A stretch of DNA of 63,908 nt, filler included, from Octopus bimaculoides (taxonomy: Eukaryota): assembly GCF_001194135.2 (NCBI RefSeq). It is 4 parts of 4 records of this genome, joined end to end, with 100 filler letters (N's around TTAATTAATTAA, not from the genome) between each part and the next. Parts side by side here need not be neighbours in the genome. Positions count along the whole stretch, not along the records: positions 1 to 27,890 come from NC_068989.1; 3 more parts are not named here. The stretch is one strand, 5' to 3'. Positions 1-11,805 of this stretch are shown piece after piece (positions within the stretch are counted from its first letter, which is position 1; each line of letters starts with the position of its first letter). Made by a program: the position numbers and the translations under genes. Under the pieces are notes generated by a model. That model made no database searches. It saw only the letters and a list, made by a program, of their open reading frames with translations, and was not told where the DNA came from.

Positions 1-1750
1 ATATATATATTATTATTATTATTATTATTATTACTTCAATAAATATACACGGGCACCGAAATCGGAGGAATGACACATAGAAGAAGTTACTTTAAAAAAG
101 GTTTAGACTATGAATTATATACAAAGTATATAATTTTTATAAAATACATTATTCTATCAAGGGCTATTAATTTTTTCCTTAATTGGTTTTCCCCGCTGGC
201 TACTTGATAAATATTATGTAGATTTTATCCTTATATTTCATTTAAAAGTTAAACCAGAATATATTCAGTGCTGAATTGTTCCGATTATACACACACGGTC
301 GAGATGAACATGAGAAGCCCCATTTCATGGATATATAAGTGTGAACATTTGTATATGCTCTGCTGGATGCGTTGTTGTTCGGTTGGTATGTGGAGATGTT
401 TATAATTATATTGTCTGGTTATGTTGTACCAATGATTGGAGAGCATATTATACACGCTGACCATGAAATCATTAATCATGTACGACTAAAAGTTTTTTTA
501 AAGGAAAGCTGCCATTGTCGGAATAATACCCCAAATGAACTAGTTGTTGAAGCTGAAGGTGGCTTTATTGAATAGCATTATATAAAAAAAGGTTTATTTT
601 ATCCTCATAGTATTTTTTGACAAAAATAGTTACTGTCTGTTATTATATATCTGTTGTTTTTTTTTATAAGCATAAATCTGTCCTCAAATATCTTACGCAC
701 CGGTTATAAAAATTGTTACATGTATCTTTTCTTTGTCTGTCAATAATGGGAACGTTAAAATATAAAGAGCATTTTACGAACGCCTTCCAGCACATCCCCC
801 AATGTTTTTGTAATCCAAATCCATTGCACTGACAGCTTTTGAGTAAGTTTCCATTAGTTCCTTTAGTTACTAAACCATTCTCACCTGCGAATTATGGCTA
901 AGCGTGAAGTGTGGCTACCGTTCATGTTTGTGGGTAAGCATATTTGGATGCATGGTTTTCATTGACACCGCTCACTCACACTTACCTGCTACAAGATCTC
1001 CTACAGTTTTGTTTAACCTTCCTACCACATGTTTTTCACGGTTCACAATTCTTTGACAATATGCCGTCTTATTTTCTGAAACACAGTAAAAAGTTAAATT
1101 TATATCCATGAAACAATTTGGCACTTTGCTGTTACATAATATATACATAGATACACACACATACACACGCACACGCACACACGCACGCACACACAGACAC
1201 CCATACACACACACAGACTCACACAAACACACACACACATGTATATATATTCATAGTTGAATCTTTTCCGAATCACGAAACGTTGGTACAAGCCAGCAGG
1301 TACTGTCTAAACCGTTTAGCAGATAGTCATAGACGGTAATATGGTTTGCAGTGAGGCTTGTTCAGTATTTGACATTGATAAGTCAAAACAATGACGAAAT
1401 AACGACGTATGTCGCTCCGAAAAAGGCCCTATGTGAATTGTCTCGCCTAACAATGAATTACTTTCAGATGTATTTTACAAGTGCATCAAGAATATATTCT
1501 CTTACGCCTAAAAACCGCAACCAACCCACGACCTAACAACACACTTACTTTCATTTTTGTTTATATTCNNNNNNNNNNNNNNNNNNNNNNNNNNNNNNNN
1601 NNNNNNNNNNNNNNNNNNNNNNNNNNNNNNNNNNNNNNNNNNNNNNNNNNNNNNNNNNNNNNNNNNNNNNNNNNNNNNNNNNNNNNNNNNNNNNNNNNNN
1701 NNNNNNNNNNNNNNNNNNNNNNNNNNNNNNNNNNNNGAGTGTGTGTGTGT

Positions 1751-1781
<31 letters not shown>

Positions 1782-2122
1782 AAACCGGAGAAAGTGTAAC
1801 ATCATTTAAGGGATTCGAGCATCAGGTTTGCTACAAATTGGATAGCTGTGCTAGACAATACACGAAAGCGACATCACAGCCATAACCATGTAAATTAGAA
1901 AACTTAACCTACTTAACCACAAACACACACACACACACACATACATATAGACATACTATAACAAGCATAGGTAACATCGGTGAAGTTGAGAAGGAAGTTT
2001 GAGATATGGGTCATCACTAGGTAGGCAGCACTACTAAGATAAAGTCAAGATTACTTTTTGTTAAGAATGCCATTCAGAAAATCTCGTGGCCCATAGTGTG
2101 CCCAAGATTGTACTAAATAAAT

Positions 2123-2791
2123 GGATCTTGTTCAAAACGGGGGCACCAGTTTTCATTTATGTTTTATGTAGTGTTTTTGGTACCGAAAGACTTTCAAACT
2201 TTGTATACTTATCTATTTTGTGTTATAGAACAGAAAAAAATTTTTGTATTCGGATTTATTTCATGTAAAAAATTATCTTATTTCGATAATTTCAACCAAT
2301 CACTGACAAGTATTCAGCTATTTACACTTACTCCTTTGGCATTTTAAGCGGTGTAAAGCGTATTTAATCTCCATTACTTCTGACATTTTGCAGAGGCAAC
2401 ACACGTGTGTTCGTTTTCCCTAACCCTAACCCTAACCCTAATTGACTTGCTCCTTCCCTCAAAAACCATGCCTTGTGCCTATAATAGAAAGGTTTATTAG
2501 CTACTGCCAATATGCTTCAGCCATTTTTTGACAAGGAAATAATAATTTTATCACCGCCGAGAATCGTTTGTTTACGTAGTCAGCACTTAATTTTTACGGC
2601 TGAATGGACGTCAGTCATTGGTTGAAATTACAGAAATACGACAACTTTAACATGAAATAACTTGCGATGTACGTTTTTTTGTTAAGAAGACTAAGAGAAA
2701 AAGATGTTTTATATGACACATTCTACCAGTGTCCCAAGTTTCAAAGTGTTTCGTTAAGAAAATACTGGTGCCCCCGTTTTGAACAAGATCC
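2123..2791. mobile_element. Non-autonomous TIR element (MITE) with 8-bp TSD
   Basis: GGATCTTGTTCAAAACGGGGGCACCAGT at both ends in inverted orientation; AAATAAAT duplicated at 2115-2122 and 2792-2799; weaker internal inverted similarity. Confidence 0.8.
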
Positions 2792-2844
2792 AAATAAATA
2801 TATATTGTACATATATATTATTTCTCTTTATGCATATATACATT

Positions 2845-2889
<45 letters not shown>

Positions 2890-3843
2890 TTGTGTTTGTA
2901 TGTGCGCGTGTGTGTGCATATTTGTGTGTGTGCATGTTTGTAGGTATGTATTTATGTATGTATTTGTAGTGATACTTGGTATTGCCTACATGGTAAATAT
3001 GTAGAACCCCTACTCTTTGTTTGTATATTGAATTCAACTAATTCCGCGAATATAAATATATACCGCTCATGCGAATTTATCTGGCGTTTAAAAATGTATT
3101 GACTTAGTTCCTTTTTGATAAATATCACAAACAAGAGAATGATTTTCTTTTTATAATTATGAACGTTATCGTAAACTTCATGTTCAAAAAAATTTCTCTC
3201 AAAAATGTCATTAAATTATGAATTGTTAAATTCAATAACAAATTAAAAGAGCGCTAGCGCTAAACTGCAGCGGGTCAGTGAACAACAACAAAAAAAAAAA
3301 CACGGATATTGAGTATGTACGGTTGATAATGCAAGCATTATTTATGAATTATGGATAGAGGGATTTCGTGGGAGGCATAAAAAAAAAACGTTAATTATAC
3401 ACAAAAACGTATTTATTAAAAAGATATGCCTTGTTTGAAAAATTATAAGGAAATAAATTTCAGGGAATTCAGTTGTCAAATATTTGAAAATAGGTTTATC
3501 TTTTGTTAAAGTAAAAATCACTTAATTTATGGAAAGATTTTAGTTTTTAGTGTTTGAAACAAAATCATATTCATTATCAAGCACTCGATGGCAACACAGA
3601 AATTGGAAAAGTATTTTTAGAGAGTAGTTTTTCCTAAGTGTTGTTGTTGTCCTGGTGACAGTTTATGTACATATATTACTTCAGGCAAACCGTTGAACCT
3701 GTTTCGTCCTTTGTTCTAGATATTAAATCTCTAATTAAGGACCAGATGTAATTAAGCTCTGATCAGTTGCTCACTCTTTATGCATGTCAATTACCACACA
3801 CACGCACGCACACACATATACATAAATGACTAACCTCCTATTA

Positions 3844-3896
<53 letters not shown>

Positions 3897-6519
3897 GTGA
3901 TATGATGTTAGTCATACAAACGCAAATTCGCAATCCACATCCAAAAGTTCATCGTCGAAACATCTCTGCCTCTTCTACCACTTCTTTAGCGTTTTCTGTT
4001 CTGAACCAGAGAGCTGAGTAGTACTTCCTGATTATCGCAAACACTAATACCTCCTGTCATCATCTAAACTCATCACACTCAACTTCATAAGCTGCATCAC
4101 CCACACCTTTCTCTGGACATCGACCAACAGAAGTTTACGATGAATTCCAACTATTGTAATCACAACAGTTTGACTAGGGATCTTTAATAGCAAAGAGTGC
4201 CAACGCTATTCTTCTGGTTAAATATTATAATAGATACATCAAATTTTCTGAAGATTTATTATGCCTTTACTGACGTTTTGGTTCAATACGTGTGGTTGGA
4301 CAACCAGCCGGGATGTGGGGCGTTTCCATTGTGACAACATTACTGTATTATGCCCGTGCACAAAACATCACAAGTGGCGCATTAAGCATGACTGTAAATA
4401 GATTCAATAAGAGAGAAAATTCACTGTTAAAGGAAAATGTAGCTCTGTAAAGGGTTTTTGCGAAATTTTTCTTAGTAATCAAAGTTAAGTTCATTTTTTT
4501 TGTATAGATGGAAGAGGTTAAGAGTCATTAGGTTAGGTTCTTCTAAATATAGATTCTGCAAAATAGGAAACAGTCAGACCTGGAATAGAGAGGGTACGTT
4601 ATTGATGAGGTCATGAATGGCGACAAAAGGATTCTGACGAAGCTAGCCAATTGACCGACCCAACGATTAATCAAACAATCCATCACTTAATTAGTAAAGT
4701 CTTCAATTAGGTGACTAGAAATAACAAAGGAGTAAAATAGAACAAGTGCCTGTGTTTATTATTGTCATAATGACCTTCCAAAGATACAATAATTCTTCTA
4801 AATAAAACTACATTGAGACACATTCTTCATCAGATCTCCTACGATGCAGAAGCTTGAAAGACTTGTCTCCGAAATCGATAAAATATCAATCAATGTTGTA
4901 CTGGATCTAGACAAAAGAACTTAACACAAATAAAACAGAAACTACGTGGACCAGCATATGTCCTTACAAGTATACATGTCCAAGTATGCATTCAATTCTC
5001 TCACTACATCCATATACTTTCCGATCTATTTTATTTCATTGACCTCCAGTCAGCATTCTTGTGACCTTCCATATTTTGTTCTTCTTCTCAATAAACAACC
5101 ATCTACAGTCTCCGTGCTTCTATTCAATAGTCAGTTTACACTGGGAAATCCTATCAGATCTTACAAGAATCGATTTTAGTAACATCTTTTGCCTTTTGTC
5201 CGAAGTAGTTTCCAACTGCTTCCAAACCATATGATTGCAATACACATTCTATATCTGTCTACTATTGCTCTCGTCATATTAGTCATTGTCGTCGTCGTCG
5301 TCGTCGTCATCACAAGCATCACGATGACCATCACCATTTCTTTCAGCATCAGTATCACTACCATGATTTATTGATATCATTATTGTTCTTATGATTGTCG
5401 TTATCCTTAGCATCATCATAAGTGGGTTGGTGGATTGGCAGACTGTGTAGCGTACACAACAAAATACTTTCGAGTTTATGGTTACGTCTCTTTACATCCT
5501 GAGTTCGATCGCTGCCCAAATCGACTTTGTTCTCCATTTTCGTTTTTTTTTTTTTTTTCCTAGGTCAATATTATAAATACTCGTAAACTTCTTAGTAAAT
5601 TTATCCCACTGTTCCTTCCGAATTATGTTTAAATTTCTACCGGCATTGCCTACTGATTTTTTCTTTCTTTTACATTTGTATACACACACGACAAATATGG
5701 TAACAGATAGTAGAGAGAATTAAATCCATTCTAGAATTTGACTGGTAGATTATTCTAACCACCCAAGAATTATGAAAACAGAGATATCAACAGGAACCCA
5801 AAAAGCTGTAACTAAATACCATAAATTATTTTGTTCGATGCTCTAATATTTCTGTTAATAGGCACGGATCCAACTTTCCGAAAACATTTCTTTTTTTTGT
5901 GTGTGTGTGTGCGAGGACAACGTCAAATAAAACAACTGGTCGAAAATAAAACCATAAGCACCATTTGTTTTTCTTTCGCGTTTGTCAACCTTGTTACCGA
6001 TAGATTTTTAGTTCCTGGAAGCTATCTGTAAGGAATAGTATAAATAAATATATTTGGTCTATCTTGGAAAATCCTTTGCTTCAAAGAGCCAAATTATGAT
6101 TTAGTTCTTCGAAGAGCACAAGGCATAAAGCACACATCATGTCATTTGTTGGAAGGAGTTAGTCGATAAATTTACCTTCCTTTTATCATTTTCTGGAGTT
6201 GTCGAGTTCATTAATTCCTGAGAATTTGTCTATCCGTGTTTGGTCTAATTTTCTAATCCCAATTTTTGTTTTTTCATGTAGCATGATGTTAGTGCTTTTT
6301 GCTACTTTTACTATCTTCAAGGTTTTTCTGGTGCATGCTTCAAACTGACTTTCATAGCCATTTTTCAGATAAATCCATGTACTGTCTGCAGTACTATTTC
6401 CAGTTATTCATCATTAGCAGCATACAGCTTGAATCAACAACAGCATCAGAAACACATTACATAATAGTAACAATTTTATATTAATAAAAGTGAAAACAAA
6501 TGTCTTGCAGACTACTTAC

Positions 6520-6715
6520 GGCCAAGCGAACATTTCCTCCATAACCCCATCCTGCTAAATCGGTACTCAACCACCATTTCTGTCTTTGGGTCGATAACGA
6601 GAGGCTCTTTCACGTATATCCAGAAATCTGTGGAAAGGCTTATGGAGAGAGTTACCACTGTCATTGAAGCAAGTGTGAGGGTCAGTAAGGACAAACGGCG
6701 ACGTTTCGATCCCAT
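6520..6715 (-). CDS. First coding exon of a TARP/stargazin (CACNG)-like, claudin/PMP22-superfamily membrane protein
   Basis: MGSKRRRLSLLTLTLASMTVVTLSISLSTDFWIYVKEP...SRMGLWRKCSLG: basic N-terminus, one TM helix, then TD(F/Y)W and the GLWRxC claudin-family signature. ATG is in strong context (agcATGG) with an in-frame TAA upstream. The exon ends phase 1 at a GTAAGT donor (6519-6514). Downstream exons were not found in the window. Confidence 0.85.
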
Positions 6716-6812
6716 GCTGGATCATAAGACCAGTTGGATGGCTTAGTGTTCTTCTTCTTTATTTTCACTCTCTTTTCTTTTTCCTGTCGACGGAAAAAAT
6801 AAAAGAATAAAA
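6716..6812 (-). promoter_or_regulatory. 68-nt 5'UTR portion of the exon (6716-6783) plus upstream splice acceptor
   Basis: Minus strand reads ttttattcttttattttttccgtcgacAG|GAAAAAG, with AG at 6785-6784, implying an upstream non-coding exon. Confidence 0.7.
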
Positions 6813-7337
6813 TTGAAAATAATTATTTATGAAATAGCATATAAAACAGAGATATAATTGTTAGGTGGTATTAATTGTGTGTATTATATATTATGTCAGT
6901 AATACATTCATCGTGGAGTTAATAAATTAATTCTTTACATAAGTAAAGGGCGAGAAATTTAGTGTAGGGGAATTGTCGATTGGATCGAACCCACTACTTG
7001 ACTATTTAATTTTATCAAATCTTACTACATCATGAAATCATCCCAACACCCTTCTTTAATAGAATGGGGAAAGTAATTTTCTTCTGAGTGGAGGCTATAA
7101 CGAAAGAAGTTGTGTGGCAGAGGCAGACACGGCTGAAAGGTTTGAGGAGAGATACCTTTATCTTCAATCAAATCTAATCGATGTAATCAACTGTAGCTTA
7201 TTTGATCAAACTCGGAAGAAATTCAAAACAGAATTCAACGGGATTTGAACTCAGAACGTAAAGGAAAGCGTCTGAAGACCACCAGAGATTATTATATTCT
7301 CAGGTTTGGGGGGTAATACATTATCGGATGTATTATA

Positions 7338-7548
7338 CAGGGTGTCCACAATGTCTGGCTACATGAGTAAATAAAATCATAGCATAAACAATTAAATATA
7401 AGAAATAATAATTTCTTAAAGTATGTGTTAATCCTCATGTGGGGACATGGAGTAAATAAAATCATAACATAAACAATTAAATATAAGAAATAATAATTTC
7501 TTAAAGTATGTGTTAATCCCCATGTACCCAGACTTTGTGGACACCCTG
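7338..7548. mobile_element. Tc1/mariner-type MITE with internal 85-bp tandem duplication
   Basis: TA|CAGGGTGTCCACAA...TTGTGGACACCCTG|TA; internal unit repeated at 7365 and 7450. Confidence 0.85.
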
Positions 7549-7635
7549 TATATGGACAATTTTAGTTTCCTTTCTATTTGTACCAAATGCTTTAGGAAAG
7601 AAAGTAATTGACTCTCTTCTCTTTTAAGCTGTTTC

Positions 7636-7850
7636 ACTGGTAGGGGGTTAAAGCGTTGGGCTCACGGTCATAAGTGCACCGGTTTGATTTCTACTCAAAA
7701 GGGCATGTTGTGTCCTTGAGCAAGGCTCTTCATTTCACTTGGCTCCAGCCTACTCAGCTGCAAATGAGTACAAGTGAAATATTGAAGCAATCCTATCACA
7801 CACCATCTATGAATCCTTACTGTCCCGCTTGATAAGGAGATAGGAAGTCC
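7636..7850 (+). mobile_element. tRNA-derived SINE (family C, GTTGTGTCCTTGAGCAAG core), degenerate
   Basis: The same core (gttgtgtccttgagcaag...ctccagtccactcagctg) recurs at 8215-8442, 27211-27540, 28022-28320 and 44020-44265. Confidence 0.65.
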
Positions 7851-8214
7851 TAATGTGGATGCTTGTGTCTGCTCGCGACTAGACAGGCACCTGAAGCAAT
7901 TAGCAAAGGCAAGCTACATGCTTTGCTATGTTTCGCGATGTTTCAGCACAAGTTCTGATAGAAATATAAAAGATCAATGTATTGTCTAGAATCTTGTTAG
8001 ATCTTCAGTTTTACAGAAGAATTTTAGCCAGAAGTTGAAGTAAAGAGAATTATGGTTAATATATTTGTTTGTTTTCTTTTTAATGATACTATAACATATT
8101 GCTTCTATTATTCAACTTCTACGACATCATAGAATATAGCAAAACTGGTGCTTTGAAAAAAATTCTCAGGTCTAATTCCTTAGTAAAATGAAGTAATCTC
8201 CTTCCCAAGTTATA

Positions 8215-8442
8215 GACTCATAGAGACGGTCCCCCAGTTTCCATGACAAATATATACCCCCCTCTTGAACGGGGTGAGGGGTGGTCCATCGCAGGATTAC
8301 TCATTTTGTCAGTTGAGTGGACTGGAGCAACGTGAAATGGAGTGTTTTGCTCAAGAACACATGTTACCCAGTTCAGGAATTGTAACCACAATCTTACGAT
8401 TATGAGCCCAGCACTCTAACCACTAAGCCACGCGCATTCACT
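8215..8442 (-). mobile_element. tRNA-derived SINE (family C)
   Basis: Reverse strand has an A-box-like GTGGCTTAGTGG head, a B-box-like element and the shared core. Confidence 0.7.
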
Positions 8443-8471
8443 GTAATTCCTCACCAATATGACATTTTGCG

Positions 8472-8592
8472 TAAGGCGACGAGCTGCAAGAATCGTTATC
8501 ACGCCGGACAAAATGCACAGTGACATTTCGTACGTCTTTATATTCTGAGTTCAAATTCCGACGAGGACGACCTTGGATCAAAATTTGAAACC
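8472..8592 (+). mobile_element. tRNA-derived SINE (family A, GGCGGCGAGCTGGCAGAATCG head), internally deleted
   Basis: Matches the many copies sharing CTGAGTTCAAATTCC (B-box-like). Confidence 0.7.
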
Positions 8593-9430
8593 AATGATAC
8601 TATAACTAATTGCTTCTGTTATTCAAATTCTACCTTTTCATAGAAAATAGGAATGCTAGTGCTTTGAAGAATTTTCAGATTTAATTCCATACTAATATGA
8701 AAATTTTGGTTACTGTCATGAAAATGTAATTTTCAACTAAAATTTTATAAAGAATTCTATTTCTTTTTTCCGAGGAAGAAGAAGGTTTTATTATATTTTT
8801 TATAGAATATAAAAATTCTGATACAATGTACGATTGAAGTTGAATAAAATTATGAATGTCTTTGGAATAAATAATTAGGCAAGTAATTAAATAAATGAAT
8901 AATAAAATATCCTCAGATTTTAGAGTAATAAATATAATTAGGTGTGCAAAGGAACGAGACATATAAACAAAAAAGAAAAAAATAACATACACATACGAAC
9001 ACAGCTCACACGAACATACGAAAATATACAAGAAAAGTTAACTAAATTACGAAATATAAAGGATTAACGAAGAATAAGAAATAAAGAAAATGATTAAAAT
9101 ACAGAGAGAATGAAAAACTAAAGAAAATAAAGAAAGAAGGAACGAAGGAAGGAAGAAGGGAAGAACGACATAAAAGAAGGGAAGAAATGCATTGAAAGTA
9201 ACAAGAATGATTGGTGATTAAAATATAATTGTTATAAAAATATAGAAATAATACAAGAATATAAATAGTTTTTAAAAAGTATACCAGGTAATTAGGCCGA
9301 CTTGTATGTGCGTGTGTATGTGTGCGTGTGTATGTGTGCGTGTGTATGTGTGCGTGTGTGCGTATTTGTATTTTTATTCCTATTTATATAAATATGCATT
9401 TATATTTGCATATATGTGTATGTATACATG

Positions 9431-9481
<51 letters not shown>

Positions 9482-9518
9482 ATATATATATTTACACACA
9501 TATATACATATATATGTA

Positions 9519-9597
<79 letters not shown>

Positions 9598-9598
9598 C

Positions 9599-9639
<41 letters not shown>

Positions 9640-9662
9640 CGTGTGTACAAAATCATAATTAA

Positions 9663-9810
9663 GGGTATCAAAAAGATACTATCATGTTAGGTATAGCAAT
9701 CAAAACTTGACTCTAAAACCACACCAAATATTCATACACTACCAAATATGAATATTTGATGTGGTTTTAGAGTCAAATTTTGACTGCATGGTAGTATCTT
9801 TTAGATATCC
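9663..9810. mobile_element. Palindromic MITE with TTAA TSD (Kolobok/piggyBac-type target)
   Basis: TTAA|GGGTATCAAAAAGATACT...AGTATCTTTTAGATATCC|TTAA; near-complete hairpin. Confidence 0.75.
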
Positions 9811-10024
9811 TTAATTATAATTTTAATAATAGTTATTACCTATGAGGTTTTTATTCCCACGGTAGCCACCTAATATGATCGGTATTTTAAATAACGAACT
9901 TATCCTTATTTATATAAATTTATATATATGTACAATAAGAAAGAGAGAGAGAAAAAGAGAAAGAGGAAAGGGCGTTAAAGAAAAGAACAAAAGAAGGAAG
10001 AGCTAATTAAATGAAAGTACGACT

Positions 10025-10025
10025 A

Positions 10026-10056
<31 letters not shown>

Positions 10057-10244
10057 GAAGAAAGAAAAGAAAGGAAGAAGAAAAGAAAGAAAGAAGAAAA
10101 GAAAGAAAGAAGAAAAGAAAGAAAGAAGAAAAGAAAGAAAGAAGAAAAGAAAGAAAGAAGAAAGGAAAGAAAGAAGAAAAGAAAGAAAGAAGAAAAGAAA
10201 GAAAGAAGAAAAGAAAGAAAGAAGAAAAGAAAGAAAGAAGGGAG
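10025..10244. repeat. Purine-rich minisatellite with ~16-nt unit (AAAGAAAGAAGAAAAG), running into a gap
   Basis: Unit directly visible; the K/E/R ORF repeats every 16 aa (3 x 16 nt). Confidence 0.9.
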
Positions 10245-10690
10245 NNNNNNNNNNNNNNNNNNNNNNNNNNNNNNNNNNNNNNNNNNNNNNNNNNNNNNNN
10301 NNNNNNNNNNNNNNNNNNNNNNNNNNNNNNNNNNNNNNNNNNNNNNNNNNNNNNNNNNNNNNNNNNNNNNNNNNNNNNNNNNNNNNNNNNNNNNNNNNNN
10401 NNNNNNNNNNNNNNNNNNNNNNNNNNNNNNNNNNNNNNNNNNNNNNNNNNNNNNNNNNNNNNNNNNNNNNNNNNNNNNNNNNNNNNNNNNNNNNNNNNNN
10501 NNNNNNNNNNNNNNNNNNNNNNNNNNNNNNNNNNNNNNNNNNNNNNNNNNNNNNNNNNNNNNNNNNNNNNNNNNNNNNNNNNNNNNNNNNNNNNNNNNNN
10601 NNNNNNNNNNNNNNNNNNNNNNNNNNNNNNNNNNNNNNNNNNNNNNNNNNNNNNNNNNNNNNNNNNNNNNNNNNNNNNNNNNNGCTGTAT

Positions 10691-11805
10691 GGTAGTGAGC
10701 TGGCAGAATCGTTAGCGCGCTGGACAACATTCTTAGCGGTATTTAGCACATCACTACATTCTGAGTTCAAATTCCGCCGAGGTCACTTTGCCTTTCATCC
10801 CTTCGGAGTCGATAAATTAAGCACCAGTGAAACACTGGGGTCGATGTAATCGACGAGTCCCCCCGCCCAGTAGAAAGAATTATTATATACAGATTTTTTA
10901 ATGGTTTAAGGCGGCAAGCTGAGAGAATCGCTGGCATGCCGGACGAAATGCTTAGCGGTATTTCGTCTGTCTTTACGTTCTGAGTTCAAATTCCGCCAAA
11001 GTCGACTTTGCTTTTCAACCTTTCAGGGTTGAGGAAATAAGTACCATTGGTGCACTCTAATCAATGTAATCGACTAGCCACCTCCCTTCAAAATCCCAGG
11101 CTTTGTGCTTATAGTAGAAAAGATTATTGAATATAGTCTTTTTATGTTTCAAGGCGGCCTGCTGGCAGAATCGTTAGCACGCCTTGCAAACTGCTTTGCA
11201 TCATTTCGACCGCCTTTACGTTCTGAGTTCAAATTTCCTTGCGGTCGACTTCGCTTTTCAACATCTCGGGGGCGATAAAATAAGTGCCAATTGAGAATCG
11301 ACTACCCTGCTTCCGCAGAGTTTCAGGTCTTATGCTTGTAATAGAATGGATTATCATAAGTAGTTTCTTATTTTGTTAACGCGGTGAGCTAGCAAAATCG
11401 CTAGCACGCCGGACAGAGTTCAGATTCCGGTTAGGTTGTCTTGGCTTCTCATCCTTTCTGTCTTCGTAAAATAAGTACTAATTGAGTACTGGAACAGGAG
11501 TTAATGAAATCGACTAGATACCCCACCCCACCCACTAAATTTCAGACCTTGTGTCTAGAGTAGAAAAGATTATTATATTTGGCTTTAAGTCGACGAGCTG
11601 GTAGAATCGCCAGCGGTGGCGGAAAGACATATTTTTGTTCCGACTATTTACGGTCTTATTCAAATCGTGGCAAAGTCAACATTACATTTCATCTTTTCAG
11701 CGTGAATAAAATAAAGTACCAGTAAAATACTGGCTTCGTTAGAATCGATTAATCTCCATCGCTTGAAAATTTTTGGCCTTGTACCCGAGTTTTAGAAACC
11801 ATTTT
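10691..11805 (+). mobile_element. Head-to-tail array of five family-A SINE copies
   Basis: Heads at about 10691, 10910, 11153, 11381 and 11589; each ends in an AGTAGAAA(A/G)GATTATT-like tail. Confidence 0.85.

Noticed and set aside
285-575. Overlapping short ORFs at the left edge as a possible next exon of the TARP-like gene
   Set aside because: No claudin/TARP motif or convincing splice sites in any frame; may be a decayed transposon but I cannot identify it.
2418-2441. (CCCTAA)4 as an interstitial telomere or chromosome fusion site
   Set aside because: Only four units and inside a TIR element.
4800-4860. Minus-strand CTGATGA near 4825 and CTGACGA near 4635
   Set aside because: No helix II, GAAA or helix I partner nearby.
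10003-10770. Long ORFs such as the KKERRKERKK ORF and all ORFs dominated by X
   Set aside because: Translations of a purine minisatellite and N gaps.
10691-11805. Regularly spaced repeats as a CRISPR-like array
   Set aside because: Units are ~200-bp SINEs with homologous spacers; eukaryotic context and no cas genes.
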